From the NCBI GenBank assembly GCA_030537765.1, contig JAUNVH010000001.1, positions 55,047 to 119,046 of the forward strand: a DNA stretch of 64,000 nt, written 5' to 3'. The DNA comes from Tissierellia bacterium (lineage in GTDB: Bacteria > Bacillota > Clostridia > Tissierellales > Peptoniphilaceae). Shown here piece after piece: positions 48,728-59,042 of this stretch. A program made the translations under genes and the position numbers. The notes beneath the pieces were generated by a model that saw only the letters and a program-made list of their open reading frames with translations, made no database searches and had not been told where the DNA came from. Every line of letters starts with the position of its first letter. Within the stretch, counting starts at the first letter, position 1.

Positions 48728-48916
48728 TTATTCTGCCTCTTTAACTTCTATAACTTGTCTTCCGTTATAGTAACCGCATACCGGACAAACTCGGTGAGGT
48801 ACTTTTGGTGAATGACAGTTACTGCATTCAGAAACGGTTACCTTGTTAAGTCTGTATGAAGAAGCTCTTCTTTTATTTCTTCTTTGTTTTGATGTTTTCC
48901 CCTTTGGAACAGCCAT
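48728..48916 (-). CDS. rpmF: 50S ribosomal protein L32
   Basis: MAVPKGKTSKQRRNKRR plus CSNC...CPVC zinc-ribbon cysteines. Confidence 0.95.
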   Translation of the reverse strand: MAVPKGKTSKQRRNKRRASSYRLNKVTVSECSNCHSPKVPHRVCPVCGYYNGRQVIEVKEAE

Positions 48917-48931
48917 CGATTACACCTCCCT

Positions 48932-49444
48932 TTAATCCGGCTTAAATGCCGACAAAGCTTCAAGTCTTGGATCAATTGTGAAATCATCACAATTACATTC
49001 TTCTTTGTTGAGATCAGCTCCGCATTTAGGACATAGCCCCTTGCAATCCTCTGAGCAAATTTCTCTCATAGGCATTTTGGAAACTATAATATCTCTAACT
49101 AATTTTGTAGTATCAATTTTATTATTATCCAGTATCAATAAATCAGAGTTTGGATCCTCTTCGTAAAAGTCAATAAGCTCTGAATCGAGTGGATAAGTAC
49201 TTTCCAAAGATAAATTCATGCTTCGACTTAATTTTTTCAAACATCTATTGCAATAACAAGTATATCTTAAATCTACATTCGTTTCAACTTCTAAGATATT
49301 TGCAATTTTATAGACATAAATATGATACTGTAGGGGCAAATGGATACCTAAGTCTTGTAATTCCTCTGGCAAATTCTCTAGTGTAAAATCGTAATTTGCA
49401 TCTTTAACATCATCTCTGAGGAATTCTGTTAAGTCTAAAATCAT
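48932..49444 (-). CDS. yceD: YceD/DUF177 family protein
   Basis: Upstream partner of rpmF. C-terminal CSEDCKGLCPKCGADLN motif. I set the start at ATG 49444 after GGGTGA. Confidence 0.85.
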   Translation of the reverse strand: MILDLTEFLRDDVKDANYDFTLENLPEELQDLGIHLPLQYHIYVYKIANILEVETNVDLRYTCYCNRCLKKLSRSMNLSLESTYPLDSELIDFYEEDPNSDLLILDNNKIDTTKLVRDIIVSKMPMREICSEDCKGLCPKCGADLNKEECNCDDFTIDPRLEALSAFKPD

Positions 49445-49471
49445 ATTATCACCCACAAATCAATACAACTA

Positions 49472-49500
49472 ATTATAATAATAATAATGTCTTTTGTCAA
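49472..49500 (-). promoter_or_regulatory. Consensus sigma-A promoter of yceD-rpmF
   Basis: Minus strand TTGACA (49500-49495), 17-nt spacer, TATAAT (49477-49472). Confidence 0.7.
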
Positions 49501-49571
49501 TAACTGTGATATTATTATTTTGGTACCTTATCGATTATACTACAAAATAGAGAATTTAACAAAGGTGAATT

Positions 49572-50732
49572 ATGAAAAATTATGCAATTATAGCTGAGTT
49601 CAATCCATTTCATAATGGACATAAATATTTAATAGAAAGTATTAAAAAAAATGAAGCAGATGCAAAATTAATTATATTATTGAGCGGAAGCTTTGTTCAA
49701 AGAGGAGAACCTGCAATTTTCGACAAATGGTTCCGCACTAAATGCGCATTAGAAAATGGTGCCGATCTAGTATTAGAATTGCCATTTTCTTATTCATGTC
49801 AAAATTCAGAATTTTTTGCGAAAGGCGCAATTAAAATTTTACATGAATTAAATATAGTCGATGAAATAGTTTTTGGCTCAGAATCTGGTAATATTTACCA
49901 ATTATATGATTTATCAAAACGAATTTCAACTGTTTATACTGAATTTAATTATTTAATTGAAGAATATTTAAATAGTGGTTTTTCTTTTATTAAATCGAGA
50001 AATATGGCCTTAAAAAGATCTGGGCAATTTACTGACTCTGAAATAGAATTATTAAATAGTCCTAATGATATTTTAGCTTTAGAATATATATCTGCAATAG
50101 ATTATTTTAATAGCGATATAAAAAGTCAGAGTATAAAACGAAATATTTCTAAATCTTATAAATCGGCAACAAAACTCAGGAAGAATTTATATAATAATAA
50201 ATCAATTAAATCTTATCTTCCTTATAAGTTAAATCCAGACATTTATCTGCCTGATTATAAATCACTTTTTGATATAATTAAATATAAATATCTGATAGTA
50301 GAAAATGTAAAAAATTATAGGCCAGACGATGAAGATGGCCTAGTTAATAGAATAAGAAATACTCTATTAACGACTGATGATTTTAATGATTTTATAGAAA
50401 AAGCTCATCATAAGCGTATAACGAAAGCCAGATTGAAAAGGCTTATATGCAATCAGATTTTAGAGCATGATTTTGACATTGTATATAATTCATTTGCTCA
50501 AAAAAATGCCTATATTAGAGTCTTGGGCTTTAATTCTGATGGTCAAAAGCTGATAAATCAAATTGATAGTAAGCAAAATATTATTACTAAATTTTCAAAT
50601 ATTAAAAAAATTAAAGACGAAAATATTAAAAATATTGCCTTATCTGAATTGAAGGCTTCAAATCTCAGATCTATACTTTGTGGTGAAAAAATTAATAGGG
50701 ACTTTTTGACAAGTCCCGTTAAACAAATTTAA
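49572..50732 (+). CDS. tmcAL: tRNA(Met) cytidine acetate ligase (TmcAL / UPF0348 nucleotidyltransferase)
   Basis: 386 aa. N-terminal AEFNPFHNGHKYL (HxGH nucleotidyltransferase fold), typical of YlbM/TmcAL. Confidence 0.8.
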   Translation: MKNYAIIAEFNPFHNGHKYLIESIKKNEADAKLIILLSGSFVQRGEPAIFDKWFRTKCALENGADLVLELPFSYSCQNSEFFAKGAIKILHELNIVDEIVFGSESGNIYQLYDLSKRISTVYTEFNYLIEEYLNSGFSFIKSRNMALKRSGQFTDSEIELLNSPNDILALEYISAIDYFNSDIKSQSIKRNISKSYKSATKLRKNLYNNKSIKSYLPYKLNPDIYLPDYKSLFDIIKYKYLIVENVKNYRPDDEDGLVNRIRNTLLTTDDFNDFIEKAHHKRITKARLKRLICNQILEHDFDIVYNSFAQKNAYIRVLGFNSDGQKLINQIDSKQNIITKFSNIKKIKDENIKNIALSELKASNLRSILCGEKINRDFLTSPVKQI

Positions 50733-51352
50733 TCTTTACTAAATATTATAAAAGCCTGTCCATCAACTAAATCTATTTTAGCAGGATGGCTTTTTATTTT
50801 ATTGCTGATTCCTAGAGAAGTCCCAAATGGAATAATGCCCTCTTTCAATTCATATTCTAGATTATAGGTACTAACTTTTACATTTTCACTATAAGGAATT
50901 ATAGAAATATAATCATAATCTTCTTCTTTAATTTCTAAATTTTTATCGCAGTAAGTAATCTTATTATTATTGTTAACTAAATATATTTTAATACCTGCAT
51001 CTGAATATCTTTTTAACATCAATATATTTATTAATGAATGATCGGCCCTACTGCCATATCCGCCTAATATTTTAATATTCTTAAAACCTTTTTCAATCGC
51101 ATGCTCAATTGCCAATTCTGTGTCTATAAAGTCTTTCTTAGTGGGATATTTCAATACGTTTAAATTGCTATTTAGTTGTTCTTTATTTTTTATACTATCA
51201 AAATCCCCTAGTAATATGTCTGGCTTTATATTTAGATTGGCTATAGAATCATATCCACTGTCTGCACAGATAATATATTTGGAATTATTAATTTCGCGCT
51301 TTATTAAATTAGGACTTAGCATATCTCCGCCCGTTAGTATAACTGCTGTCAT
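50729..51352 (-). CDS. thiN: Thiamine diphosphokinase
   Basis: 207 aa. LLGDFDS motif plus a C-terminal thiamine-binding domain. Overlaps the rpe stop. Confidence 0.85.
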   Translation of the reverse strand: MTAVILTGGDMLSPNLIKREINNSKYIICADSGYDSIANLNIKPDILLGDFDSIKNKEQLNSNLNVLKYPTKKDFIDTELAIEHAIEKGFKNIKILGGYGSRADHSLINILMLKRYSDAGIKIYLVNNNNKITYCDKNLEIKEEDYDYISIIPYSENVKVSTYNLEYELKEGIIPFGTSLGISNKIKSHPAKIDLVDGQAFIIFSKD

Positions 51353-51996
51353 TTAATAAGACCTTTATAATATTTTGTTGTTTCGTAAATATCTTCTGAA
51401 TTAAATATTCCAGACCCTACGACGAAGGCGTTTGCTCCTGATTCTTTTACTTTGTTGATATTTTTATCTTTAATACCGCCATCAACTTGAAGAATAATAT
51501 CTCTATCTCCTATCAACTCTCTTGCTCTTTCAATTTTTTTATAAATAGATTCTATAAATGACTGGCCACCAAAACCAGGATTGACTGACATTAGCAATAA
51601 TAAATCTATATCATCAATAATATAGTCCAAATACTCCAAAGGAGTAGAAGGGTTCAACACAACACCAGCTTTTTTACCCAATTGTCTTATAGTTTTTAAA
51701 TGTCTTTGTAAATGAATTGTAGATTCAGGATGAATAGTTATATAGTCGCATCCTGCGTCTGCAAATTGTTCTAAATAATTTTCAGGATTCATAATCATAA
51801 GATGAGCATCAAATGTTAAATCCGTCAATTTTCTAAGATCTTTAATCATCTTTGGACCAAAAGTAATATTAGGCACAAAATTTCCATCCATTATATCTAA
51901 ATGTATAGTATCTGCTCCGCCTTTTTCCAAAAGTTTTATATTTTCTGATAATCTTGTAAAATCAGATGACAGTATAGATGGTGAAAGTAAATTCAT
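51349..51996 (-). CDS. rpe: Ribulose-phosphate 3-epimerase
   Basis: HLDIMDGNFVPN and MSVNPGFGGQ motifs. Confidence 0.94.
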   Translation of the reverse strand: MNLLSPSILSSDFTRLSENIKLLEKGGADTIHLDIMDGNFVPNITFGPKMIKDLRKLTDLTFDAHLMIMNPENYLEQFADAGCDYITIHPESTIHLQRHLKTIRQLGKKAGVVLNPSTPLEYLDYIIDDIDLLLLMSVNPGFGGQSFIESIYKKIERARELIGDRDIILQVDGGIKDKNINKVKESGANAFVVGSGIFNSEDIYETTKYYKGLIK

Positions 51997-52865
51997 CAGT
52001 ATCTCCTTTTATTTCTTATAGCTTCTAAATAATTTTTATAATTTTCATATCTCCACTTTGCAATTTTTTCTTGTTCAACGGCCATTTTAACAGCGCAATT
52101 AGGCTCTCTATCATGCAAGCAATTATTAAATTTACAGTTTTCAGATAAATTATAAAAATCTGGATAGTAATATTTTAATTCTTCTGCATCATCAATAAAT
52201 TCTAGTTCTAAAGAGCTGTAACCAGGCGTATCGAATACAAAAGTTTCATTATCTAAAATCAAAAGCTCTACATGCCTAGTAGTATGCTTTCCTCTCTTCG
52301 TTTTTTCACTAATTTCACCAGTTTGCAATTTATTATCTACAAATTGATTTAATAATGTAGATTTTCCAACGCCTGAAGGTCCCATAAGCGCAGATGTATA
52401 TCCTTTGAATTTGTCATAAATAAAGGTTAAATCACTATCTTCATAAACACTTATAGCATAAGCCTCAATATCAGATTTGCGATAATCTAAAATCAATTTA
52501 TCAGCCCATTGCCTATTTAATTCAGATTTGTTTATTAATACAATAGGTTTAGTATCGTAATAATAACTTTGAACAATCATTTTATCTAATAGGCTTAAGT
52601 CTATATCGGGATCATTTATGCTAAATACGATAAAAGCTTTGTCTACATTTGCAACTGGCGGCCTTAAAAACAAATTCTTTCTCGGAAGAATTTCCACAAT
52701 ATAACCTCTCATCTGTTCAGTTTCTTCCAATATGCAATTGTCGCCCACGATAGGACTCTCAGCAGTGTTTCTAAATAAGCCGCGGGCTTTACATTCGTAA
52801 ATACCCTTTAAAGTTTTTACATAATAAAACCCGCCTATGCCTTTAATAATTTTTCCTCTTATCAT
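51996..52865 (-). CDS. rsgA: Ribosome small-subunit-dependent GTPase A
   Basis: GPSGVGKSTLLN and Zn motif CKFNNCLHDREPNC. Confidence 0.93.
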   Translation of the reverse strand: MIRGKIIKGIGGFYYVKTLKGIYECKARGLFRNTAESPIVGDNCILEETEQMRGYIVEILPRKNLFLRPPVANVDKAFIVFSINDPDIDLSLLDKMIVQSYYYDTKPIVLINKSELNRQWADKLILDYRKSDIEAYAISVYEDSDLTFIYDKFKGYTSALMGPSGVGKSTLLNQFVDNKLQTGEISEKTKRGKHTTRHVELLILDNETFVFDTPGYSSLELEFIDDAEELKYYYPDFYNLSENCKFNNCLHDREPNCAVKMAVEQEKIAKWRYENYKNYLEAIRNKRRY

Positions 52866-52867
52866 AT

Positions 52868-55048
52868 TTATTGTTGAAATGATTGTGCAAGTACTCCGTC
52901 TACATAGACTTCAAACACTGCACCGGCCTTTCCTTTAACCGAAATTGTTGTAGTCTTATCTGAAGTATTGACAGATTTTTCATAAACTGTTTCGGAACTA
53001 CCGTCTTGAGTTCTCAATACTTTTATTAATACTTGATCTTTGTCTTCTGGCAATAGTATTGTAAATTTAGTTTCCTTCAAAGATGGTTTTGGAGTTTCGA
53101 TCGGTTCTTTAGGTTTCTCTTCTTCAGGCTTCTTGTCAGGTTTTTTATCGTCATTTTGATCTTCGTTATCTGTGGGCTTATTTTCTTCTGGTTTGCCATC
53201 GTCTAGGCCGGCCTTCTTTTTGTCAGCCATATTGCCAATAACGACTGTCAAATCTACCCTCGTGCCTTTTTTGACTTCAGCACCAGATGTATATTCTTGT
53301 CTCATAATATCATTTTTATCATACATATCTGTATAATCTTCAGAAATTTTGCCTACTTTTAATCCTAATCTATTAATTACATCTTTTGCTGAATCTAGCG
53401 ATAAGCCAAGTAGCGAAGGCATCGTGACAAGCTTATCACTTTTTTCATCGTCTGTATTATCATCTGTTTCCTCAGTATCAGTTGGGTTTTCATCTTCTTC
53501 AGTATCGTCTAAATTATCTTCTATGTCTTCTCCATAAGCTTTAGTGACTACAATATTGACAACAGAGCCCTCTTTAGCAGCACTAAGAGCTTGAGGATCT
53601 TGTTCTACGACAACTCCTACATTTAAATCTGAATCTTTTTCTAATTCCATATATGAGACTTTAGGGAAAAATCCAGCTAGAGCTAATTCATGCTCAGCAT
53701 CTTTAAGCTCTTTATCTACAACAGATGGCACTTCTATTAAGTCCGGAGAAGAATTTACATCTAATTTCAGAACAAAATTCTTTTTAACATTTGTACCTGG
53801 GGACGCATTTTGACTTACTACTTGGCCAGGTTCAAACTTCTCGTTTCTGACCATATTGATCTCATATTTTAATCCCAATTCGTCCAATTTAGACTCAGCT
53901 TCTTCTTGAGTTAAAGATACTAATTTTGGAACTTTAACTTCATTGCTATTTGTACCAGATGTACTCATCATCGTAGTTAATACATAAAATCCAGCTGTAG
54001 CAATTCCAAATGCTAGCACAATACCAAGTATTATGCCTAAAATTGATTTACCAATTGAGCTTTTTTTCTTTCTCGGTCTGTTTTCGATTCTATCTTTGCC
54101 TCCACCTGTAGTATATACATGTCTATTTCTAGTCGATCTATTATTAGTTTTTTCATTAATATCTCCAACAGGTACTGCGTTCATATAAACTGTATCATCA
54201 GAGACAGTTTCTGTATGTGAAGATGAATTAAGTTTATTTAAATCTTCTAAAAGCTCTCCCATGTCGTTATATCGCATTTGTGGATTCTTTTCTGTCATCT
54301 TCAATACAATTCGATCCACATCGACAGGAATTGCTCTATTTAATGTAGAAGGTTTCACAATGTTTTCCTGAACTTGTTTTAAAGCAATACTAATGGGACT
54401 ATCTGAGTCAAATGGAACTTGTCCCGTAAGCATTTCAAAAAATACAATACCCAAAGAATAGATGTCACTTCTAACGTCTGTGGCATTTCCTCTGGCTTGC
54501 TCAGGTGAGAAGTAATGTACTGACCCTAAAATATCATTTCCAGCAGTCACAGTGGCATTATTAGCAGCCTTAGCTATTCCAAAGTCTGTTACTTTCATCT
54601 GTTCGTCATTGGTGACCATAATATTTTGAGGCTTTATATCGCGATGCACTATATCATTTTCGTGAGCTTTGCTCAAAGCTTCAGCAATTTGAATAACATA
54701 ATTTACTGCTTTTTCAACGGTCAGTCCGCCAGTTTCACGAATTAAATCTTTTAAAGTTTTTCCGTTTATATATTCCATTACTATATAGTAAACTGTTTTA
54801 TGATCTTCGTCCTCAAAACCAACATCAAATACATTGACAATATTAGGGTGTGTCAATTTAGCTGCGGAATGTGATTCCCTTTTAAATTTTTCAACAAATT
54901 CCACATCGTTTACAAAATCTTGTTTGAGAATCTTTAAAGCTACAATCCTATCAAGTTTTTTATCATGAGCTTTATAGACATCGGCCATCCCGCCTCCGCC
55001 TATTCGCTCTAAAATCTCGTATCTATTGCCGAGTAAACTTTCTATCAC
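52868..55048 (-). CDS. prkC: Ser/Thr protein kinase with extracellular PASTA repeats (PrkC/PknB type)
   Basis: HRDIKPQNIM and DFGIA kinase motifs, one TM helix (ILGIILGIVLAFGIATAGFYVL), three PASTA-like repeats and a C-terminal extra domain. Confidence 0.93.
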   Translation of the reverse strand: MIESLLGNRYEILERIGGGGMADVYKAHDKKLDRIVALKILKQDFVNDVEFVEKFKRESHSAAKLTHPNIVNVFDVGFEDEDHKTVYYIVMEYINGKTLKDLIRETGGLTVEKAVNYVIQIAEALSKAHENDIVHRDIKPQNIMVTNDEQMKVTDFGIAKAANNATVTAGNDILGSVHYFSPEQARGNATDVRSDIYSLGIVFFEMLTGQVPFDSDSPISIALKQVQENIVKPSTLNRAIPVDVDRIVLKMTEKNPQMRYNDMGELLEDLNKLNSSSHTETVSDDTVYMNAVPVGDINEKTNNRSTRNRHVYTTGGGKDRIENRPRKKKSSIGKSILGIILGIVLAFGIATAGFYVLTTMMSTSGTNSNEVKVPKLVSLTQEEAESKLDELGLKYEINMVRNEKFEPGQVVSQNASPGTNVKKNFVLKLDVNSSPDLIEVPSVVDKELKDAEHELALAGFFPKVSYMELEKDSDLNVGVVVEQDPQALSAAKEGSVVNIVVTKAYGEDIEDNLDDTEEDENPTDTEETDDNTDDEKSDKLVTMPSLLGLSLDSAKDVINRLGLKVGKISEDYTDMYDKNDIMRQEYTSGAEVKKGTRVDLTVVIGNMADKKKAGLDDGKPEENKPTDNEDQNDDKKPDKKPEEEKPKEPIETPKPSLKETKFTILLPEDKDQVLIKVLRTQDGSSETVYEKSVNTSDKTTTISVKGKAGAVFEVYVDGVLAQSFQQ

Positions 55049-55788
55049 TAAAATACACCGCCTTCCAATTCGACAATAATTAATGTTATATTATCATTGC
55101 CGCCTTTTTCTAAAGCCATTTCTACTAGTTCTTTACCTAGTTTTTCTAAATTATTATGTTTCTTGTAAGTTTCAAATAGTTCTTCATCTGTTACTAAATT
55201 TGTCAAGCCATCAGTGCAAATTAACAGTGAATCGTCATGCTGATATTTATATCTAATCAAGCTAATATCTAAACTTTCATTAGTTCCAACAGCATTAGTT
55301 ACAACATTGCGTTTTGGATGAGTTTTTGCCTCTTCCGGAGTAATTTCTCCTAATTTGATTAATGAATTAACCAATGTATCGTCTTCTGTAATTTGAACTA
55401 TTGCCGAAGGATTTAAAGTATAGCATCTACTATCTCCAACATGAGAGATTAAAATTGTGTCATTATAGACATAGGCCATAGTAAAAGTTGTGCCCATACC
55501 ATTATAATCTGGATCTTCTTTTGATTTTAAATAGATTTCTCGATTAGCTATACTAATCGCCTTTACAACATCATCTTCGAGTTCTTTTATATCTTGATAA
55601 AAGTCGACTCTTTGTAAATTTTTATTGACTATATCGACGGCCATTTTGCTGGCAACTTCTCCTGATTTGTGCCCGCCCATACCGTCAGCAATAATAAATA
55701 CCGGTTTTAGCATATCGTTGGAAATAAAATATGAATCTTCATTTTTTGGTCTAATCTTTCCAATATTGCTAATTGCATAATAATTCAA
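55048..55788 (-). CDS. prpC: PP2C-family Ser/Thr phosphatase (Stp/PrpC)
   Basis: ADGMGGH, TDGL and GGNDNIT motifs. Coupled to prkC. Confidence 0.92.
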   Translation of the reverse strand: MNYYAISNIGKIRPKNEDSYFISNDMLKPVFIIADGMGGHKSGEVASKMAVDIVNKNLQRVDFYQDIKELEDDVVKAISIANREIYLKSKEDPDYNGMGTTFTMAYVYNDTILISHVGDSRCYTLNPSAIVQITEDDTLVNSLIKLGEITPEEAKTHPKRNVVTNAVGTNESLDISLIRYKYQHDDSLLICTDGLTNLVTDEELFETYKKHNNLEKLGKELVEMALEKGGNDNITLIIVELEGGVF

Positions 55789-55791
55789 AAG

Positions 55792-56829
55792 TTATTCACC
55801 TTCTTTAATATATCTTCTTCTAAGTTGACCACAAGAAGCATTAATATCTTGTCCCAGTTCGCGTCTTATTGTGACATTAATACCTTCTTTTTTAAGTTTA
55901 TCTCTAAATCTTATTATATCATGATTACTACTTGCAATTCCATTATATTCCTCAATTGGATTTAAAGATATTAAATTTATAATACATTTTATGTTTTTCA
56001 ACTTTTGTTTTATAATTTTTACATCTTCAGTTCTATCATTGACACCAGAAATTAATGTATATTCAAATGTAATTCTATTATTTGTTAATTCATTATACTT
56101 TTTTGAGAAAATTAATATATCATCTATTGAATTGACTTTCTCAATTGGCATAATTTTTTTACGCCTATTTGAATCAAAACTATGAACTGAAATTGCAATA
56201 TTTATGGGTATATCTTCATCTAGTAATTTGTACATCTTATTTAAAATACCGCAAGTCGACAGTGTAAAATTTCTATATCCTAAATTTCTTCCGCGTTCAT
56301 TGTGTAGTAATTTAGTTGCTTTAATTATATTATCATAATTATCTAGAGGTTCACCACTACCCATATATACGATATTTCCAATATTTTCACCCAAAAATCT
56401 TTCGCTTTCGTATAATTGCGAGCAAATTTCAAAAACTTCCAAATTTCTAATAAGACCTTCTTTAGTCGAAGCGCAAAAACTACAGCCCATTTTGCAACCA
56501 ACTTGTGTTGAAACACATAGACTATATCCATGCTCATATTTCATAATAACGCCTTCAATTATATTATTATCAGGTAATCTGTAAAGGATTTTTTTCGTTT
56601 CGTCTAATTTAGATTCTAAAATGTGAATTATTTCTATCTTACCAATCTCGAAGTGTTCAGAAAGTTTTTTTCTAAATGCTTTGGGCAATAGATTCATTTT
56701 ATCTATACTATTTATATTATGTTTATGTATAAATTCAAAGATCTGTTTACCTCTATAAGCTTTTTCTCCTAGAGATTCTGAAATTTTAGATAACTCTTCA
56801 ATGGTATAATTATTTAAATACTTAGCCAT
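55792..56829 (-). CDS. rlmN: 23S rRNA (adenine2503-C2)-methyltransferase, radical SAM
   Basis: CKMGCSFCAS CxxxCxxC motif. 345 aa. Position is between rsmB and prpC. Confidence 0.92.
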   Translation of the reverse strand: MAKYLNNYTIEELSKISESLGEKAYRGKQIFEFIHKHNINSIDKMNLLPKAFRKKLSEHFEIGKIEIIHILESKLDETKKILYRLPDNNIIEGVIMKYEHGYSLCVSTQVGCKMGCSFCASTKEGLIRNLEVFEICSQLYESERFLGENIGNIVYMGSGEPLDNYDNIIKATKLLHNERGRNLGYRNFTLSTCGILNKMYKLLDEDIPINIAISVHSFDSNRRKKIMPIEKVNSIDDILIFSKKYNELTNNRITFEYTLISGVNDRTEDVKIIKQKLKNIKCIINLISLNPIEEYNGIASSNHDIIRFRDKLKKEGINVTIRRELGQDINASCGQLRRRYIKEGE

Positions 56830-58111
56830 CTTTTCTCCTCATCTTGGCAATAAAAAAGCCATCGGTATTGTGTTTTAAAGGATCAAATTTTATAAAGTTT
56901 TCAACCATTTCAAACTCATTGTTATTTTCTAAAAATAGATTTATCACTTCTTCATTTTCCAAATAATTTATAGTACAAGTGCTATAAACTAATATGCCAT
57001 CCCTTTTTACGTAATTCTTGGCATTTTTGAGAATCCGTTTTTGCATCGCAACTAGGCTTTTAATCTTTCCTTCATTAGTAAAAATTTTGATTTCTGGTTT
57101 CTTTCTAATTAAACCAAATCCGCTGCAAGGCACATCACATAATACAATATCATATTTATTTTCTAATTGCTTATCAAATTTCATAGCATTAGAAACTTTA
57201 GTGTTGATGTTTTTAATTCCTAGTCTTTTGGTATTTTCTATTATTAGATCCAATTTTTCATCATTAATGTCGAAACAATCTATTTGTCCTTTGTTAGAAA
57301 GCTTTTGTGCAATATGCCCAGCTTTCCCTCCTGGTGCAGAACATAGATCTAAAATTTTCATATCTGATTTATATAAAAGATTGTCTGCCAAGGCCATAGA
57401 GCTCTCACCCTGGGCGTAAATAAATCCTGATTTGAAAGCCTTACTTTCAAAGACTCCACTAGGATTTGTAATAATAATTCCATCATTGCTTATTTTAGAT
57501 TCTATAGCATTATAGCCTTCCGATATCAAATTTTCAATTAAATTTTCTCTATTAATTTTTAAAGTATTTACTCTAAAAGATGTCTCAGCTTCATTATCGA
57601 ATGCTTTCAATAAATCCTCCAGAGAATCACCAAATTCTTTATTCCAAAGATTTAACAAAAATTTTGGATAAGAGTATTTTAACGAAAGATACTCTAATCT
57701 TTCATTAGTTTCAATTTTGAGATAGAAATCTTTTTTTCTCAATAATTGTCTCAAAATAGCATTCACAAACTTGCTACTACCTATATTGCTATATTTTTTT
57801 GTCAATTCTACAGCTTCATTAATAACAGCATAATCGGCGCTTTGTTTTCTAAAGCATAATTCATAAATCGCAATACGCGATATATTTAACACGATTGGAT
57901 CAATTTTTTCTAATGGTCTATTAGAAAGCTTACTAAAGATATAATCGATGTAGTATAGATTTCTTGTCGTACCATATACAATATCTCTAGCCATTCCAAA
58001 ATCTTTATAATTATTAAAAGTAATATCTTTTGGAAATGATTCTTTAATAAAAGATTCATTATTTACTACATTCATTAATGTTTTAAGAGCATAATTCCTA
58101 GCATTTTCCAT
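56822..58111 (-). CDS. rsmB: 16S rRNA (cytosine967-C5)-methyltransferase
   Basis: NusB-like N-terminus plus SAM methyltransferase motifs DLCSAPGGKAGH, DVPCSG and YSTCT. Confidence 0.92.
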   Translation of the reverse strand: MENARNYALKTLMNVVNNESFIKESFPKDITFNNYKDFGMARDIVYGTTRNLYYIDYIFSKLSNRPLEKIDPIVLNISRIAIYELCFRKQSADYAVINEAVELTKKYSNIGSSKFVNAILRQLLRKKDFYLKIETNERLEYLSLKYSYPKFLLNLWNKEFGDSLEDLLKAFDNEAETSFRVNTLKINRENLIENLISEGYNAIESKISNDGIIITNPSGVFESKAFKSGFIYAQGESSMALADNLLYKSDMKILDLCSAPGGKAGHIAQKLSNKGQIDCFDINDEKLDLIIENTKRLGIKNINTKVSNAMKFDKQLENKYDIVLCDVPCSGFGLIRKKPEIKIFTNEGKIKSLVAMQKRILKNAKNYVKRDGILVYSTCTINYLENEEVINLFLENNNEFEMVENFIKFDPLKHNTDGFFIAKMRRKDG

Positions 58112-59041
58112 TTACTTACCTAATATTTTTCCTTCTTCTAGTGAATTGCCTAATAAAAATTCTTCAGTTTTCATAGGCTTTTTACCAGGAAATTGCAATT
58201 CTAAAATTTGAACTAGCTCATCTTTAGCAGCAATAATAATCTCTTTTTCTCTCGATTTTACTATCGTTGCACTTTTATATTTTTTATTTTCAATCCCGGT
58301 TAATCTTGCGTCTGTTATCTTGAACTTAGTACCATCATATATTGCTGTAGCTCCAGGTTTTTTAGACATAGCTTTAACTAGATTCACTAAATCTTTTGCC
58401 AACATATTTTCAAAATCGAGCTGAGTAATATTTTTATCAAGGCATGGTGCCAAAGTTACTCTTTCTTCATCTTGCTTTCCGCCATTTTGCCAATTGGATT
58501 TATCGTCTAGATATTTAATTATCAATTCAGCTCCTATTTCAGAAAGGCTTGCATAAAGTTCATCGTAGTTTTTATCGCCTATTTCTATTTCCTTTTGAAT
58601 ATAAACTTCTCCTCCATCGAGAACTTTAGATACTTTCATAATTGAGATTCCTGTTTTTTTGTCGCCGTTCATAATTGCATAATTTATAGGTGCCGCTCCT
58701 CTCCATCTGGGCAAGAGAGAGGCATGAATATTTACAATATTTTCTTTCGGAATATTTCTAATAGCTTTTCCTATAAATTGGCCATATGCTGCAACGACAA
58801 TAAAATCGGGCTCTAAGCTTGATATTTTCTCAATCGATTCTTCAGAATTAATATTATCAGGCTGATAAAGCTCAATATCATTTTCAATAGCATATTTTTT
58901 TATAGGTGAAAATTCAATTTTTTTACCTCGACGATTAATTCGATCTGGTTGACAAACGACTAATTTAAGATCATAATTCTTATTAATTTTATCTAATGCC
59001 TTCAAACCAAAATCGGGAGTACCCATAAACACAATTTTCAT
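58112..59041 (-). CDS. fmt: Methionyl-tRNA formyltransferase
   Basis: HASLLPRWRGAAPI motif. def-fmt order. Confidence 0.94.
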   Translation of the reverse strand: MKIVFMGTPDFGLKALDKINKNYDLKLVVCQPDRINRRGKKIEFSPIKKYAIENDIELYQPDNINSEESIEKISSLEPDFIVVAAYGQFIGKAIRNIPKENIVNIHASLLPRWRGAAPINYAIMNGDKKTGISIMKVSKVLDGGEVYIQKEIEIGDKNYDELYASLSEIGAELIIKYLDDKSNWQNGGKQDEERVTLAPCLDKNITQLDFENMLAKDLVNLVKAMSKKPGATAIYDGTKFKITDARLTGIENKKYKSATIVKSREKEIIIAAKDELVQILELQFPGKKPMKTEEFLLGNSLEEGKILGK

Positions 59042-59042
59042 A

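Noticed and set aside
56343-56537. 64-aa minus-strand ORF inside rlmN in an alternative frame
   Set aside because: It is embedded in the rlmN coding sequence, with no SD and no recognisable motif. The rlmN frame is fully supported by radical-SAM motifs.
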